A DNA stretch of 64,000 nucleotides, taken from assembly GCA_036152255.1 (NCBI GenBank), contig JAYZNI010000001.1:802-64801 (forward strand). Reading direction: 5' to 3'. Origin of the DNA: Bacteroidota bacterium. GTDB taxonomy: Bacteria; Bacteroidota; Bacteroidia; Flavobacteriales_D; Sanyastnellaceae. Position numbers and translations under genes: made by a program. The notes beneath the pieces were generated by a model that saw nothing but the letters and a program-made list of their open reading frames with translations, was not told the DNA's origin and ran no database searches. Shown piece after piece: positions 37,032 to 46,760 of the stretch; positions within the stretch are counted from its first letter, which is position 1; each line of letters begins with the position of its first letter.

Positions 37032-38249
37032 ATGGATTCACAAAGAGAAGGAATCAAGGCTTTAGCAAGGGAGGCGTCATTGCTGCCAAAGGAAGAATTA
37101 TTACAGGTGAAAGAGGGTTCGTCAGAATTAATTATTGGCATCCCAAAGGAAACTAGTCTGCAAGAAAAGAGAGTTGCAATCACCCCAGAAGCTGTAGCAC
37201 TTCTCGTTGCTCACGGTCATCAGGTTGTTGTAGAAACTGGAGCTGGAGAGCTTTCGTACTACACTGATGTAGATTACAGCGAGGCAGGAGCGAGGATAGA
37301 AAGTGATAGAAAAGAAGTGATGAAGTCTGGACTAGTAATGAAGGTTGAGCCACCATCACTTGAAGAAGTGGGGATGATGTCAATGGGGGCAACGCTAATT
37401 AGCGCCCTACAACTCAGCGTCCAAAGCGAAGGATTAATCGAGGAAATGGGTAAGAAAAAAATTACCACTATAGCTTGGGATTACATCAGAAATAAGAGTG
37501 GAATATTCCCCCTTGTTAGAGCAATGAGTGAGATTGCTGGAAATACAGCTATACTCAAAGCTGGCGACCTCCTTGCAGCGTCAAACGGAAGATCAACTAT
37601 GCTTGGTGGCATTAGTGGTGTTAGACCTAGCACGGTTGTTATAATTGGCGCAGGCACAGTTGGTGAGTTCGCAGCTCGTTCTGCAATGGGCCTAGGCGCT
37701 CAGGTGAAAATTTTCGACAACAGACAACACAGACTGGTTCGAATTCAGCAGAGCTTGGGTAGAAGGGTTTGGACTAGCACAATCCAACCATCAGTTCTAG
37801 ACGAAGCGTTGCGCTCAGCAGACGTTGCCATAGGAGCATTACGAGGCGAAGGCCCCAGATCTCCGATGGTAGTTAGCGAACCCATGGTAAGTGCTATGAA
37901 GGAGAAGAGCGTCATCATCGATGTTTGTATTGATAGGGGAGGATGTTTCGAAACTTCAAGGGTAACTTCTCACGAGGATCCGACTTATACAGAGATGGGT
38001 GTCATCCATTACTGTGTGCCTAATTTGGCCTCATGTGTAAGCCGAACTGCTAGCGAGGCATTGAGCAATATTATTGCACCAATGCTACTTAGCATAGCTT
38101 TAGATGGTGGACTGGAAACAGCGGTAAGGAAAGCTAATATGATAAGATCGGGAGTTTATATGTTCAAGGGAACTTTGACTCATCGTGGTATAGCTGAGGA
38201 GCGAGGGCTTCCTTACAAGGAATTGGACTTGTTGCTTGCCACCTACTAA
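37032..38249 (+). CDS. Alanine dehydrogenase / PNT-family NAD(H)-binding protein
   Basis: IGIPKETSLQEKRVAITPEAV (AlaDH N-terminal domain); VVIIGAGTVGEFAARSAMGLGAQVKIFD (Rossmann fold). Confidence 0.8.
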   Translation: MDSQREGIKALAREASLLPKEELLQVKEGSSELIIGIPKETSLQEKRVAITPEAVALLVAHGHQVVVETGAGELSYYTDVDYSEAGARIESDRKEVMKSGLVMKVEPPSLEEVGMMSMGATLISALQLSVQSEGLIEEMGKKKITTIAWDYIRNKSGIFPLVRAMSEIAGNTAILKAGDLLAASNGRSTMLGGISGVRPSTVVIIGAGTVGEFAARSAMGLGAQVKIFDNRQHRLVRIQQSLGRRVWTSTIQPSVLDEALRSADVAIGALRGEGPRSPMVVSEPMVSAMKEKSVIIDVCIDRGGCFETSRVTSHEDPTYTEMGVIHYCVPNLASCVSRTASEALSNIIAPMLLSIALDGGLETAVRKANMIRSGVYMFKGTLTHRGIAEERGLPYKELDLLLATY

Positions 38250-38259
38250 TAGCTAGGGT

Positions 38260-40869
38260 TTAGCCGCCAACAATTTTTCTTATTTCGTGAAGCTTCATTA
38301 GAGCATCGATGGGCGTAAGATTATCAATGTTTAAATCTAAAAGCCTATCTCGTACGTCCTCAAGCGCAGGATCATCTAGTTGGAAAAAGGACATTTGAAC
38401 TCCTTCTACCACTGAACGAGGGTTAACTGGTTGCACCTCAGGCCCATCTCCATCTCCAGTGTTTTTTCTTGAGGATTCTAAATCAATAAGAACTTCTTCT
38501 GCTCTACGAACTAGAGAACGTGGCATGCCTGCGAGTTTGGCAACGTGTATTCCAAAGCTGTGATTCGACCCCCCTGGAACTAGCTTTCTCAAGAATACGA
38601 TATTGCCATTTACCTCTTTTACATTTACATTAAAGTTTCTAATTCTAGGAAAGCTTGATTGCATTGCGTTTAGCTCGTGGTAATGTGTTGCAAATAGCGT
38701 TAGGGGTCTTACAGTATCTGAAGCGTGAAGGTGTTCAGCGATAGCCCAAGCTATACTCACTCCATCATAAGTCGAAGTTCCTCGGCCAATCTCATCAAGC
38801 AAAACAAGTGACCTCTTAGTAAGGTTGTTCAAGATGGATGCGGTTTCATTCATCTCAACCATAAATGTGGATTCGCCACTAGAGATATTATCTGAAGCAC
38901 CTACTCTTGTGAAAATTCTGTCTAGAATTCCAAGTTCTGCAGATTTTGCTGGCACGAATCCTCCGCTTTGCGCCATTAAGCAAATTAGAGCCGTTTGTCT
39001 AAGTAGTGCACTCTTTCCAGACATGTTTGGGCCCGTTACCATTAAGATTTGGGCTAGATCTTGATCTAGCGTTACATTGTTTGTTACATAGGTTTCGCCT
39101 ATGGGTAATTGCTTTTCTATTACTGGATGCCTTCCGTCGCATATGATGAGCCCGTGTTCGTCCTTCATCCTGGGTCTGGTATATCCGTTTTCGTTTGCTA
39201 CCTCTGCATTGCTAAGCAATACGTCTAGCTCGCCCATTGCCCTTGAATTTTCTAGTAGTTCAGTTGTGTTTTTTACCGTTTCTGCGACTAAGTTGTCGTA
39301 GATTTTGTGTTCTATAGTTAGAGCCTTGTCCTTTGCATCTAGGATTTGGGCTTCAAGAATTTTAAGCTCTTCAGTGATATACCTCTCAGCTTGGGTTAAG
39401 GTTTGTTTGCGAATCCACTCTTCTGGCACTTTGTCTCTGTAGGCGTGCCTAACCTCTAAATAGTACCCAAAAACATTATTGAATCCGATTTTCAATGAAC
39501 TAATCTCAGTGCGCTCAACCTCTCGAGTTCGAATTTCCTCGAGTGCCACATCACTTTCGAATGCAAGCGATCTGACTTGGTCTAACTCTTCACTTACTCC
39601 CTTTTTTATTACAGCTCCTTTTCCGACTTGGGTTGGCGCCTCTTCCTCAAGTTCGTTTTGTAAACGATTCAAAAGTTTATCGCACGGAGAAAGCCTCTCG
39701 AGCGTTGGTATAAGCGCTACCTCTCCAGCTGCTTCACGTGCAACTTCGATAACTGATTCAATGCCCTTGCGAAGTCCTACTAATTCCCTTGGGTTTATCC
39801 TTGCAGAACTAGCTTTGGACGCCAGTCGCTCTATATCACCAACTGATTTTAGGATTTCTCTAAGATTTAATCTCAATTCAGAGTTTTCCAAAAGAGTCGC
39901 TACAGCCTCATGTCTAGCCTCGATGTTCTCCCTATCAGTAAGTGGCATAACTAACCACTTACGTAATGTCCTAGCACCCATTGGAGTATTTGTGAAATCT
40001 AAGCAATCTGCCAAAGCCACACCATCAGGATGCGAAGGATAAATAATCTCCAAATTGCGAACCGTGAATCTGTCGAGCCACATCCCATCAGTTTCCCTCA
40101 AACGCTTTACACCTTGTAAATGCCCAAGATTAGTGTGATGTGTGTATTCTAAATACTGAAGAATAACTCCCGCAGCCACCGTTGCTTTAGGCGCATCATT
40201 TAGTCCAAATCCCTTTAGCGATTTTGTGCCAAACAACCCGTGTAGCTTCTCCTCGGCAAATGCTTCTGTGAAAATCCAGTCGTCGAGTTTTGACCTTGGC
40301 ACATCGTCGCCAAATAGACTTATCAAATCAAGTTCATACTGCTTTTGAAGAACCCACTCTTTGGGTGATAAAGACCTAAGCAATCTATCAATCCATTCCA
40401 CAGACCCTTCAGCTGCTAAGAATTCTCCTGTGCTGATATCAAGGAACGCAGCTCCAATTCCTTTGGGGGTGTAGTGTAGTGAAGCTAGGTAATGATTTTC
40501 TTTAGATTCTAGAACTTGATCGTGCATTACAACTCCTGGTGTAACGAGTTCTGTCACACCACGCTTTACAATCCCCTTAGCTTGTTTGGGGTCTTCAAGT
40601 TGATCGCAAACAGCAACCTTGTGCCCAGCCCGAACCAATTTAGGAAGGTAAGTGTCGAGTGAATGATGAGGAAACCCAGCTAGATCAATCTCCGATGCGC
40701 TACCGTTGCCACGTTTAGTGAGAATTATCCCAAGCACCTTTGCCGCTATAATAGCATCACTGCCAAATGTCTCGTAGAAGTCACCAACCCTGAACAACAG
40801 AATTGTATCCGGATGCGCCGCTTTGATCCGGTTGTATTGCTTCATTAATGGAGTTTCCTTTCCCGCCAC
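38260..40869 (-). CDS. mutS: DNA mismatch repair protein MutS
   Basis: TPLMKQYNRIKAAHPDTILLFRVGDFYETF; Walker A GPNMSGKS; DEIGRGTSTYDG. The start codon is GTG at 40869. Confidence 0.95.
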   Translation of the reverse strand: MAGKETPLMKQYNRIKAAHPDTILLFRVGDFYETFGSDAIIAAKVLGIILTKRGNGSASEIDLAGFPHHSLDTYLPKLVRAGHKVAVCDQLEDPKQAKGIVKRGVTELVTPGVVMHDQVLESKENHYLASLHYTPKGIGAAFLDISTGEFLAAEGSVEWIDRLLRSLSPKEWVLQKQYELDLISLFGDDVPRSKLDDWIFTEAFAEEKLHGLFGTKSLKGFGLNDAPKATVAAGVILQYLEYTHHTNLGHLQGVKRLRETDGMWLDRFTVRNLEIIYPSHPDGVALADCLDFTNTPMGARTLRKWLVMPLTDRENIEARHEAVATLLENSELRLNLREILKSVGDIERLASKASSARINPRELVGLRKGIESVIEVAREAAGEVALIPTLERLSPCDKLLNRLQNELEEEAPTQVGKGAVIKKGVSEELDQVRSLAFESDVALEEIRTREVERTEISSLKIGFNNVFGYYLEVRHAYRDKVPEEWIRKQTLTQAERYITEELKILEAQILDAKDKALTIEHKIYDNLVAETVKNTTELLENSRAMGELDVLLSNAEVANENGYTRPRMKDEHGLIICDGRHPVIEKQLPIGETYVTNNVTLDQDLAQILMVTGPNMSGKSALLRQTALICLMAQSGGFVPAKSAELGILDRIFTRVGASDNISSGESTFMVEMNETASILNNLTKRSLVLLDEIGRGTSTYDGVSIAWAIAEHLHASDTVRPLTLFATHYHELNAMQSSFPRIRNFNVNVKEVNGNIVFLRKLVPGGSNHSFGIHVAKLAGMPRSLVRRAEEVLIDLESSRKNTGDGDGPEVQPVNPRSVVEGVQMSFFQLDDPALEDVRDRLLDLNIDNLTPIDALMKLHEIRKIVGG

Positions 40870-40936
40870 TTCTACTTGTTAATTTGGGTGTAGGCCAAAT
40901 TAGGAACTCCATAGCTCTACAAAAGACAAAAAGAGG

Positions 40937-40957
40937 AGGTGCTTATCCACAAGCAAC
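40937..40957 (-). terminator. Possible terminator after clpX
   Basis: The minus strand reads GGTTGCTT-GTGGAT-AAGCACC (7 bp with one bulge), followed by TCCTCTTTTTGTCTTTTG. Confidence 0.35.
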
Positions 40958-40967
40958 CAACACGCTA

Positions 40968-42191
40968 TTAAGCGACTTTTAAACCAGGATTGTTTGGGTT
41001 GATTTCTTGCTCTTCGCAATACTTTCTATCTACTACGAATTCTTTCACGTCAGAACCAGGAAGTTCAAACATGGCTTGGGTTAGTAGTGATTCTAAAATT
41101 CCTCTAAGTCCTCTAGCTCCAAGCTTTAATTCAACGGCCTTATCTACAGCCCAATCCAATGCGTCAGCATTGAACTTCAATTTTATACCATCCAGTTCGA
41201 ACAAGTGAACGTACTGTTTGATAAGAGCGTTTTTTGGCTCAATAAGTATTCTCATTAGAGCATGCTTATCAAGTTTGCTCAAATATGTGAGTACGGGAAA
41301 ACGTCCAACTAATTCTGGGATCAATCCATAGCTCTTCAGATCAGCAGGGCTTATGTGACTCAAGATATCTTCACCAACTGCCATAGACGAACGCGACTTG
41401 AAGCCAATAGTACTTTGCTTGTGCCTGCGTTCTATCATTTGGTCTATACCTGAGAAAGCGCCGCCACATATAAATAAGATGTTTTGAGTATTGATCTTGA
41501 TGAGTTTCTGCTCTGGGTGCTTACGCCCGCCTTGAGGAGGAACGTTTACCTCAGTGCCTTCTAGAAGCTTCAAAAGCGCTTGCTGTACCCCTTCACCACT
41601 TACGTCACGAGTTATAGAAGGGTTGTCGCTTTTGCGAGCAATTTTATCAATCTCGTCAATAAATACAATTCCACTTTCAGTTGTTTCAATGTCGTAATCA
41701 GAAGCTTGTAGCAATCTAGATAAAACACTTTCTACATCTTCACCAACGTAACCAGCCTCTGTTAGTACAGTTGCATCAGCTATACAAAATGGAACATCTA
41801 GAAAGCGCGCAATTGTTTTAGCTAATAGTGTTTTTCCAGTTCCTGTTTCACCAACTAGAATTACGTTGGATTTGTCTAATTCTATTTCAGCACCCTTTTT
41901 TGGAGGATTCAAAAGACGCTTGTAGTGGTTGTATACAGCAACACTTAGAGTTCTTTTTGCTGCCTCTTGACCAATTACGTATTCGTCTAAGTGTGCCTTT
42001 ATTTCAGCAGGCTTCTTAAGGTCGATTTTTGGAAGGGCACTAGGTGCCTTAGCTGCTTCTTCTTTGATAATATTAGTGGCTTGTCCAACACAAAGGTCAC
42101 AGATGTGGCCAGAAGATCCAGCGATAAGCATATCGACTTCGTCCTTGGACCTTCCGCAAAATGAACATTTATCTGTAACCTTTTTTGCCAT
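40968..42191 (-). CDS. clpX: ATP-dependent Clp protease ATP-binding subunit ClpX
   Basis: Zn-finger [11 protein letters not shown]...HICDLC; Walker A GETGTGKT; IVFIDEIDK; sensor and arginine regions. Confidence 0.96.
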   Translation of the reverse strand: MAKKVTDKCSFCGRSKDEVDMLIAGSSGHICDLCVGQATNIIKEEAAKAPSALPKIDLKKPAEIKAHLDEYVIGQEAAKRTLSVAVYNHYKRLLNPPKKGAEIELDKSNVILVGETGTGKTLLAKTIARFLDVPFCIADATVLTEAGYVGEDVESVLSRLLQASDYDIETTESGIVFIDEIDKIARKSDNPSITRDVSGEGVQQALLKLLEGTEVNVPPQGGRKHPEQKLIKINTQNILFICGGAFSGIDQMIERRHKQSTIGFKSRSSMAVGEDILSHISPADLKSYGLIPELVGRFPVLTYLSKLDKHALMRILIEPKNALIKQYVHLFELDGIKLKFNADALDWAVDKAVELKLGARGLRGILESLLTQAMFELPGSDVKEFVVDRKYCEEQEINPNNPGLKVA

Positions 42192-42192
42192 A

Positions 42193-42867
42193 TTATCTAA
42201 TTAGTACTTCGTCGATCATACCGTAATCCTTCGCTTCTTGAGAAGTCATCCAGTAATCTCTATCACCATCCTTCCAAACATCGTCATATGATTTTCCAGA
42301 GTGATGAGATATGATCTCGTATAGTTCTTTCTTAAGCTTTTGAATTTCCTTTGCAGTGATCTCTATATCCGAAGCTTGACCTCTAGCTCCACCAAGTGGT
42401 TGGTGAATCATAATTCTAGAATGTTTCAATGCAGTTCTCTTACCAGCAGCACCTCCACAAAGAAGTACAGCACCCATTGAAGCTGCCATGCCTGTACAAA
42501 TAGTAGCAATTTCTGGTTTGATGTATTGCATTGTATCGTAAATGCCCAAACCTGCATATACGCTTCCACCTGGAGAATTGATATAAATCTGAATATCCTT
42601 TGTTGGATCAGTAGATTCCAAGAATAGAAGCTGAGCCTGGATAATGTTTGCAATGTAATCATCAACACCCGTTCCCAGGAAAATGATTCTATCTGCCATT
42701 AATCTTGAAAAAACGTCTACCTCTCTAAAAGGCATTGGTCTTTCCTCGATAACAGTTCGAGTCATGTTTTCAGGTCCATATATTGAAGAGACAAAGTCCC
42801 CAACAGTGTGGCTACTTAATCCACGGTCTTTGACCGCGAACTTCATAAATTCTTTACGGTTGTTCAT
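42193..42867 (-). CDS. clpP: ATP-dependent Clp protease proteolytic subunit ClpP
   Basis: Catalytic triad context [11 protein letters not shown] (Ser), MIHQPLGG (His), [10 protein letters not shown] (Asp). Start probably at MNNRKEF (42867); the ORF-track start is 42903. Confidence 0.93.
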   Translation of the reverse strand: MNNRKEFMKFAVKDRGLSSHTVGDFVSSIYGPENMTRTVIEERPMPFREVDVFSRLMADRIIFLGTGVDDYIANIIQAQLLFLESTDPTKDIQIYINSPGGSVYAGLGIYDTMQYIKPEIATICTGMAASMGAVLLCGGAAGKRTALKHSRIMIHQPLGGARGQASDIEITAKEIQKLKKELYEIISHHSGKSYDDVWKDGDRDYWMTSQEAKDYGMIDEVLIR

Positions 42868-42946
42868 GTTGTTTTGAGAATATGTAGGCAATTTAGTGTA
42901 CAAGAACTAAACCCCAGCGCCTAGACTAAATGGATATACACAAGCT

Positions 42947-44299
42947 TTATTTAACCTCTGCAGCCATTTCAGTAAACTTCTCGTAGCTGATAGACTTGTC
43001 CTTGATGCTAACCAAAGTTTTAAGGTGTTCAACCACCTTTCTTTCGATAATAACATCTGCAATTCTGCGTCGTTCATCCTCTTGAGCAAGCATGTTCTTC
43101 ACAACATTAGACATAGTTTCTTCATCCATAGGCATGCCGTACTGTGCGTACTGAGCGCCAATGAATTTCGTTGCTTCAACTTCTAGCTCGTCAGCAGTAA
43201 CCTTAATGTCTTGATTTGCCATCACTTCTTTTTGGACTAATTGCCAACGTAGTGAATCAGCATAACCAGAAAACTCTGAATCAAGCTGTTCTGGAGTTAC
43301 AGGCTTTTCGTTTGTAAGCATAATCCAACGCTTCAAGAATGCGTCTGGAAGTTCGATTTTCATGTATTCAACTAGGTCTACAACAAATCTTCTACGGAAA
43401 ACCCACTCAGCATCTCTGTCGAAGTAGTCCTCGAGATCTTTTTCAATCTTTCTTTTGAAATCCTTAAGATTCTTTACTTCACCCTGAGGGTAAATTTTGT
43501 CAAATAGCTGCTGGTTTACTTCGTGCTCCTCGAGGCTCTTTATTTCTTCTACGCCAAACTTAAACTTACCTTTCAAGTTTTGAACTTGCTCGTGAGTGAT
43601 GCCTAACATTCTACCCAAATCGTCATGCCCTTTTGAAACCTTCGCAGGATCAAGAACTAAAAAGTCATTTAGCTTAGAACCAATTAATTTCTTTTGAGTC
43701 TTTTTGTCCTCAACGAATTCAATTGAAATAGAGCTTCGGTTTTCAATACCTCCATCTAAAATTTCACCTTTATCATCGAGTTGAACAAATGTTCCGAGAA
43801 GCATGTCCTTTTCACCTGCAACCTCAACATCATTTATTTTACCGTGTTGACGTTGCATGTCACTGATACGGCTGTCAATGGCTTTCTTGTCAACTGGGAT
43901 AGTGTGACGTGTGAATTTGGCCTTTTTTAAATCCAGCTTAATCTCAGGGGCTAAACCTATTTCATAGTGAAAGGTAAATGCATCTGGATTTTCCCAGTCT
44001 CCACTGTCCTCAAGAGTTTCAGAAGGAATAGGATTTCCAAGTAAATCAAGCTTGTTATCTGAAACGTGCTTCTGTAGCGCCTCAGAAAGAAGCTTGTTAA
44101 GCTCATCTGCTAGAACGCTCTTGCCGTACTGTTTGCGGATTAAACCCATCGGAATTTTCCCTTTACGGAAACCTGGCATTTGGGCTTGTTTTTTGTAAGA
44201 TTTTAGAGAACCTTCAACGCGACCTTCGTAATCGCCTTTTTCTAAAGTAACACTAACGTGCGCTCTTAGAGCATCAATTGATTCCTGACTTATTTGCAT
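42947..44299 (-). CDS. tig: Trigger factor
   Basis: N-terminal ribosome-binding motif GFRKGKIP; 450 aa; upstream of clpP-clpX. Confidence 0.93.
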   Translation of the reverse strand: MQISQESIDALRAHVSVTLEKGDYEGRVEGSLKSYKKQAQMPGFRKGKIPMGLIRKQYGKSVLADELNKLLSEALQKHVSDNKLDLLGNPIPSETLEDSGDWENPDAFTFHYEIGLAPEIKLDLKKAKFTRHTIPVDKKAIDSRISDMQRQHGKINDVEVAGEKDMLLGTFVQLDDKGEILDGGIENRSSISIEFVEDKKTQKKLIGSKLNDFLVLDPAKVSKGHDDLGRMLGITHEQVQNLKGKFKFGVEEIKSLEEHEVNQQLFDKIYPQGEVKNLKDFKRKIEKDLEDYFDRDAEWVFRRRFVVDLVEYMKIELPDAFLKRWIMLTNEKPVTPEQLDSEFSGYADSLRWQLVQKEVMANQDIKVTADELEVEATKFIGAQYAQYGMPMDEETMSNVVKNMLAQEDERRRIADVIIERKVVEHLKTLVSIKDKSISYEKFTEMAAEVK

Positions 44300-44339
44300 G
44301 CTTTTCTTATAAGGAGCTTATCCAGAAGAGTTGGAATTG

Positions 44340-44421
44340 TGCGGGTGGAGGGACTCGAACCCACACACCTTGCGGCACTAGATCCTAAGTCTAGCGTGTC
44401 TACCAATTTCACCACACCCGC
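44340..44421 (-). tRNA. tRNA-Leu (anticodon UAG), class II with long variable arm
   Basis: Hand fold of the reverse complement: acceptor GCGGGTG/CACCCGC, D arm GTG-AAATTGGTAGA-CAC, anticodon arm CTAGA-CTTAGGA-TCTAG (anticodon TAG), 13-nt variable arm TGCCGCAAGGTGT, T arm GTGGG-TTCGAGT-CCCTC (one U-U mismatch), discriminator A. 82 nt. CCA is not encoded. Confidence 0.88.
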
Positions 44422-44438
44422 ATTCCAAAATCGGGGTG

Positions 44439-44446
44439 CAAATATA
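44439..44446 (-). promoter_or_regulatory. Candidate -7 box (TATATTTG) for tRNA-Leu, and possibly tig-clpPX
   Basis: The minus strand reads TATATTTG, 17 nt upstream of the tRNA 5' end. Confidence 0.4.
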
Positions 44447-44533
44447 TGACGAACTATTACAAACGACAATAAAAAAGGAGTCTACGCTGGTATTTTTTTT
44501 TATAAGACTAAAAGTGAGCTGCACTTTGCGTCT

Positions 44534-44656
44534 ATGAGGTTGGTTTGTGTAGTTTTTACGTTGACAATCATATCTGTTGTCACTGTTTCAGCTCAGTTAT
44601 CACCAGTATTTGGAGATGAATTTCCACCAGTTAAGGTCAAAGGATTTGGGATTTAG
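44534..44656 (+). CDS. Speculative 40-aa exported peptide ORF in the tRNA-Leu/efp intergenic region
   Basis: Manual translation: MRLVCVVFTLTIISVVTVSA|QLSPVFGDEFPPVKVKGFGI*. Signal-peptide-like N-terminus with Gln at the predicted +1 position. A 7-bp hairpin (AAGGATT...AATCCTT) spans the stop. No promoter motif or homology evidence. Confidence 0.2.
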   Translation: MRLVCVVFTLTIISVVTVSAQLSPVFGDEFPPVKVKGFGI

Positions 44657-44762
44657 AATCCTTAAATCAGATGAGAAGACTTTTGTGGGGTTCGGGCTAA
44701 GGAATAAGAAATTGGAATTGATACTTGCTCTTATTCAAAATGTCTATCCATATCTTTAACGC

Positions 44763-45329
44763 ATGGCAAACACATCAGATATTAAAAATGGATTGTGCCT
44801 TAATCACAACAACGGTTTATGGCAGATTGTAGAATTTCTTCACGTAAAACCAGGAAAGGGGGCAGCGTTTGTGAGAACTAAGTTGAAGAATATTGAAACG
44901 GGCAGAGTTGTTGATCACACTTTTAATGCAGGAGCAAAAATTGACCCTGTAAGAATTGAGACTCGTGAATACCAATATCTATACAATGATGATATGGGGT
45001 ATCACTTTATGAATTGTTCAACATATGAGCAGATTTCTATGGGAAAGCACCTTATAAATGCTCCAGAATTTTTGAGGGATGAGCTTATATGCCAAATCCT
45101 ATTTCACGCCGAGGAAGAAAGACCTTTGTCTTGTGAGTTGCCGACTCATATTGAAGCAGAAGTGACTTACACTGAGCCAGGGGTTAAGGGTGATACGGCA
45201 ACAAACACTCTTAAGCCTGCAACAATTGATACAGGAGTTGAAATTAGAGTTCCACTATTTATCGATACTGGAGATTTTATTAAAGTAGATACTCGTAAGA
45301 AAGAGTACACTGAAAGAGTTAAGAAGTAA
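44763..45329 (+). CDS. efp: Elongation factor P
   Basis: MANTSDIKNG...VEFLHVKPGKGAAFVRTKLKN; 188 aa; three-domain EF-P pattern. Confidence 0.95.
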   Translation: MANTSDIKNGLCLNHNNGLWQIVEFLHVKPGKGAAFVRTKLKNIETGRVVDHTFNAGAKIDPVRIETREYQYLYNDDMGYHFMNCSTYEQISMGKHLINAPEFLRDELICQILFHAEEERPLSCELPTHIEAEVTYTEPGVKGDTATNTLKPATIDTGVEIRVPLFIDTGDFIKVDTRKKEYTERVKK

Positions 45330-46758
45330 TTTCCTTTTTGCTATCTCGCATTTCGAGATCTAAAACGACTAATAAGGCGATGAATCCCCAAAAGGGTGCA
45401 CTCGCCTTATCTGTGTCTAAATAATTGTTGAGTATTCCGTGAATGAAATAGGTCATTAGCCCCAGATACACTCCTACTGCAAGATTTCTTTTGTCTATAT
45501 CTTCGGACTCGTTCCACAATCTGAAGCCAATAGAACTGATATACCAAATCAATAAAAGGACAAACATTGGCCCTAGAATTCCTTGTTCGGCAAGTGGGCC
45601 TAAGTATTCGCTATGAGCGTTTCCCCCGTCGGCATTGTTTGTGCTAATGATGGTTTTGTATTTGGCCTCCTGATAAGGAGCATAGACAAATTGATAAGTG
45701 CCAGGACCCCATCCAAATAGAGGGCGTTCTTTAAAAAGTGACCAAGCACAATTCCATCTATTCAACCTTTCAAGATTAGAATCATCGCTAGATACGTTAG
45801 AAATAGATTCAACGTGCTCTGTTAAATTGTCAGATGAATCCTGCTTATTCCTTTGGAGTTCTATCAAAATAGAATCCTGATTTATCCAAAGTAAACTCAA
45901 AGCAATAACACCGATTCCAATTATCTGTCTCAAGCTCACTCCTAAACTCATTATTGCAAATAATGCTGCCACTCCCGCTAGACTAACCCAAGCTGCTCGA
46001 GTAAATGAGAATACGATGCCAATTGCAAGTATGAACGTAGCTAAGCCCAGTAAAACCCTTGTGATTTCTGGACGTCCCTTTTTTGCAAGTAGAGCAATTG
46101 CAGGAGGGAAGAGCATCGCTAACACTGCTCCATAAGATGTGTGATCTTTAAAGAAAGGCTTCATCATCCAATGCCCTGCAGTTTTGCTGAAGTTGTGACC
46201 TGCGTGCCTAATCAATGTGTAAATCACAACGATTATGAGAGGGAATAATAGCATCATAATCATGCTTTCCCTGTATTGCGGTTTGTGCAACATGATATGC
46301 CCTAGGATGAAAAAGAATCCAACTATAAACCATGCTCTGGAAGTAAAAAACTTTAGAGACACTACAATGTCATAACTCGTTATAGATGTGATAAAAATCC
46401 ATAACATCATACCACCGATGACATATGATATTGGGTGAGTGAAAATCTTTTTGTCTACTGGATACCCCTTACAAGCCCTTAGAATGAAAAGACCAAGTAA
46501 GCCCAAAAGCATTGGTTCTGTTGGGATATAAAGCCCAGGAACATCATGTACGAATTCCTGAAGATTTATACTCAATGGAACTGCTATTAGGAGCATTCCC
46601 ATAAAAAGATCCATTCGTTTAATAGCCCACCAAAACAAGATCAATGCTATAGGCACAAGTGCAAAAAGCATAAACTCGAAATAAACACTTAGGCCCAAAA
46701 CGAGAGAGTATAAGAGCCCTCCAATTATTGCAATTTTATCTGAAGCCAGTTGCTTCAC
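45319..46758 (-). CDS. O-antigen ligase / Wzy_C-family polytopic membrane protein
   Basis: More than 10 TM segments. Wzy_C-like loop FTRAAWVSLAGVAALF and periplasmic HSEYLGPLAEQGILG. Confidence 0.75.
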   Translation of the reverse strand: MKQLASDKIAIIGGLLYSLVLGLSVYFEFMLFALVPIALILFWWAIKRMDLFMGMLLIAVPLSINLQEFVHDVPGLYIPTEPMLLGLLGLFILRACKGYPVDKKIFTHPISYVIGGMMLWIFITSITSYDIVVSLKFFTSRAWFIVGFFFILGHIMLHKPQYRESMIMMLLFPLIIVVIYTLIRHAGHNFSKTAGHWMMKPFFKDHTSYGAVLAMLFPPAIALLAKKGRPEITRVLLGLATFILAIGIVFSFTRAAWVSLAGVAALFAIMSLGVSLRQIIGIGVIALSLLWINQDSILIELQRNKQDSSDNLTEHVESISNVSSDDSNLERLNRWNCAWSLFKERPLFGWGPGTYQFVYAPYQEAKYKTIISTNNADGGNAHSEYLGPLAEQGILGPMFVLLLIWYISSIGFRLWNESEDIDKRNLAVGVYLGLMTYFIHGILNNYLDTDKASAPFWGFIALLVVLDLEMRDSKKEITS

Positions 46759-46760
46759 GC

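Noticed and set aside
39479-40042. 187-aa plus-strand ORF inside mutS
   Set aside because: Antisense to mutS, Ser-rich low complexity, no start context or motif. The same reasoning applies to 38825-39301.
42907-43089. 60-aa minus-strand ORF overlapping the 3' end of tig
   Set aside because: It is in a different frame from tig, which reads through with a conserved C-terminal domain. No independent support.
44577-44759. 60-aa ORF in the tRNA-Leu/efp spacer
   Set aside because: No signal peptide, motif or start context. It overlaps a better-looking, though still speculative, 40-aa ORF in another frame, and it ends 3 nt before efp.
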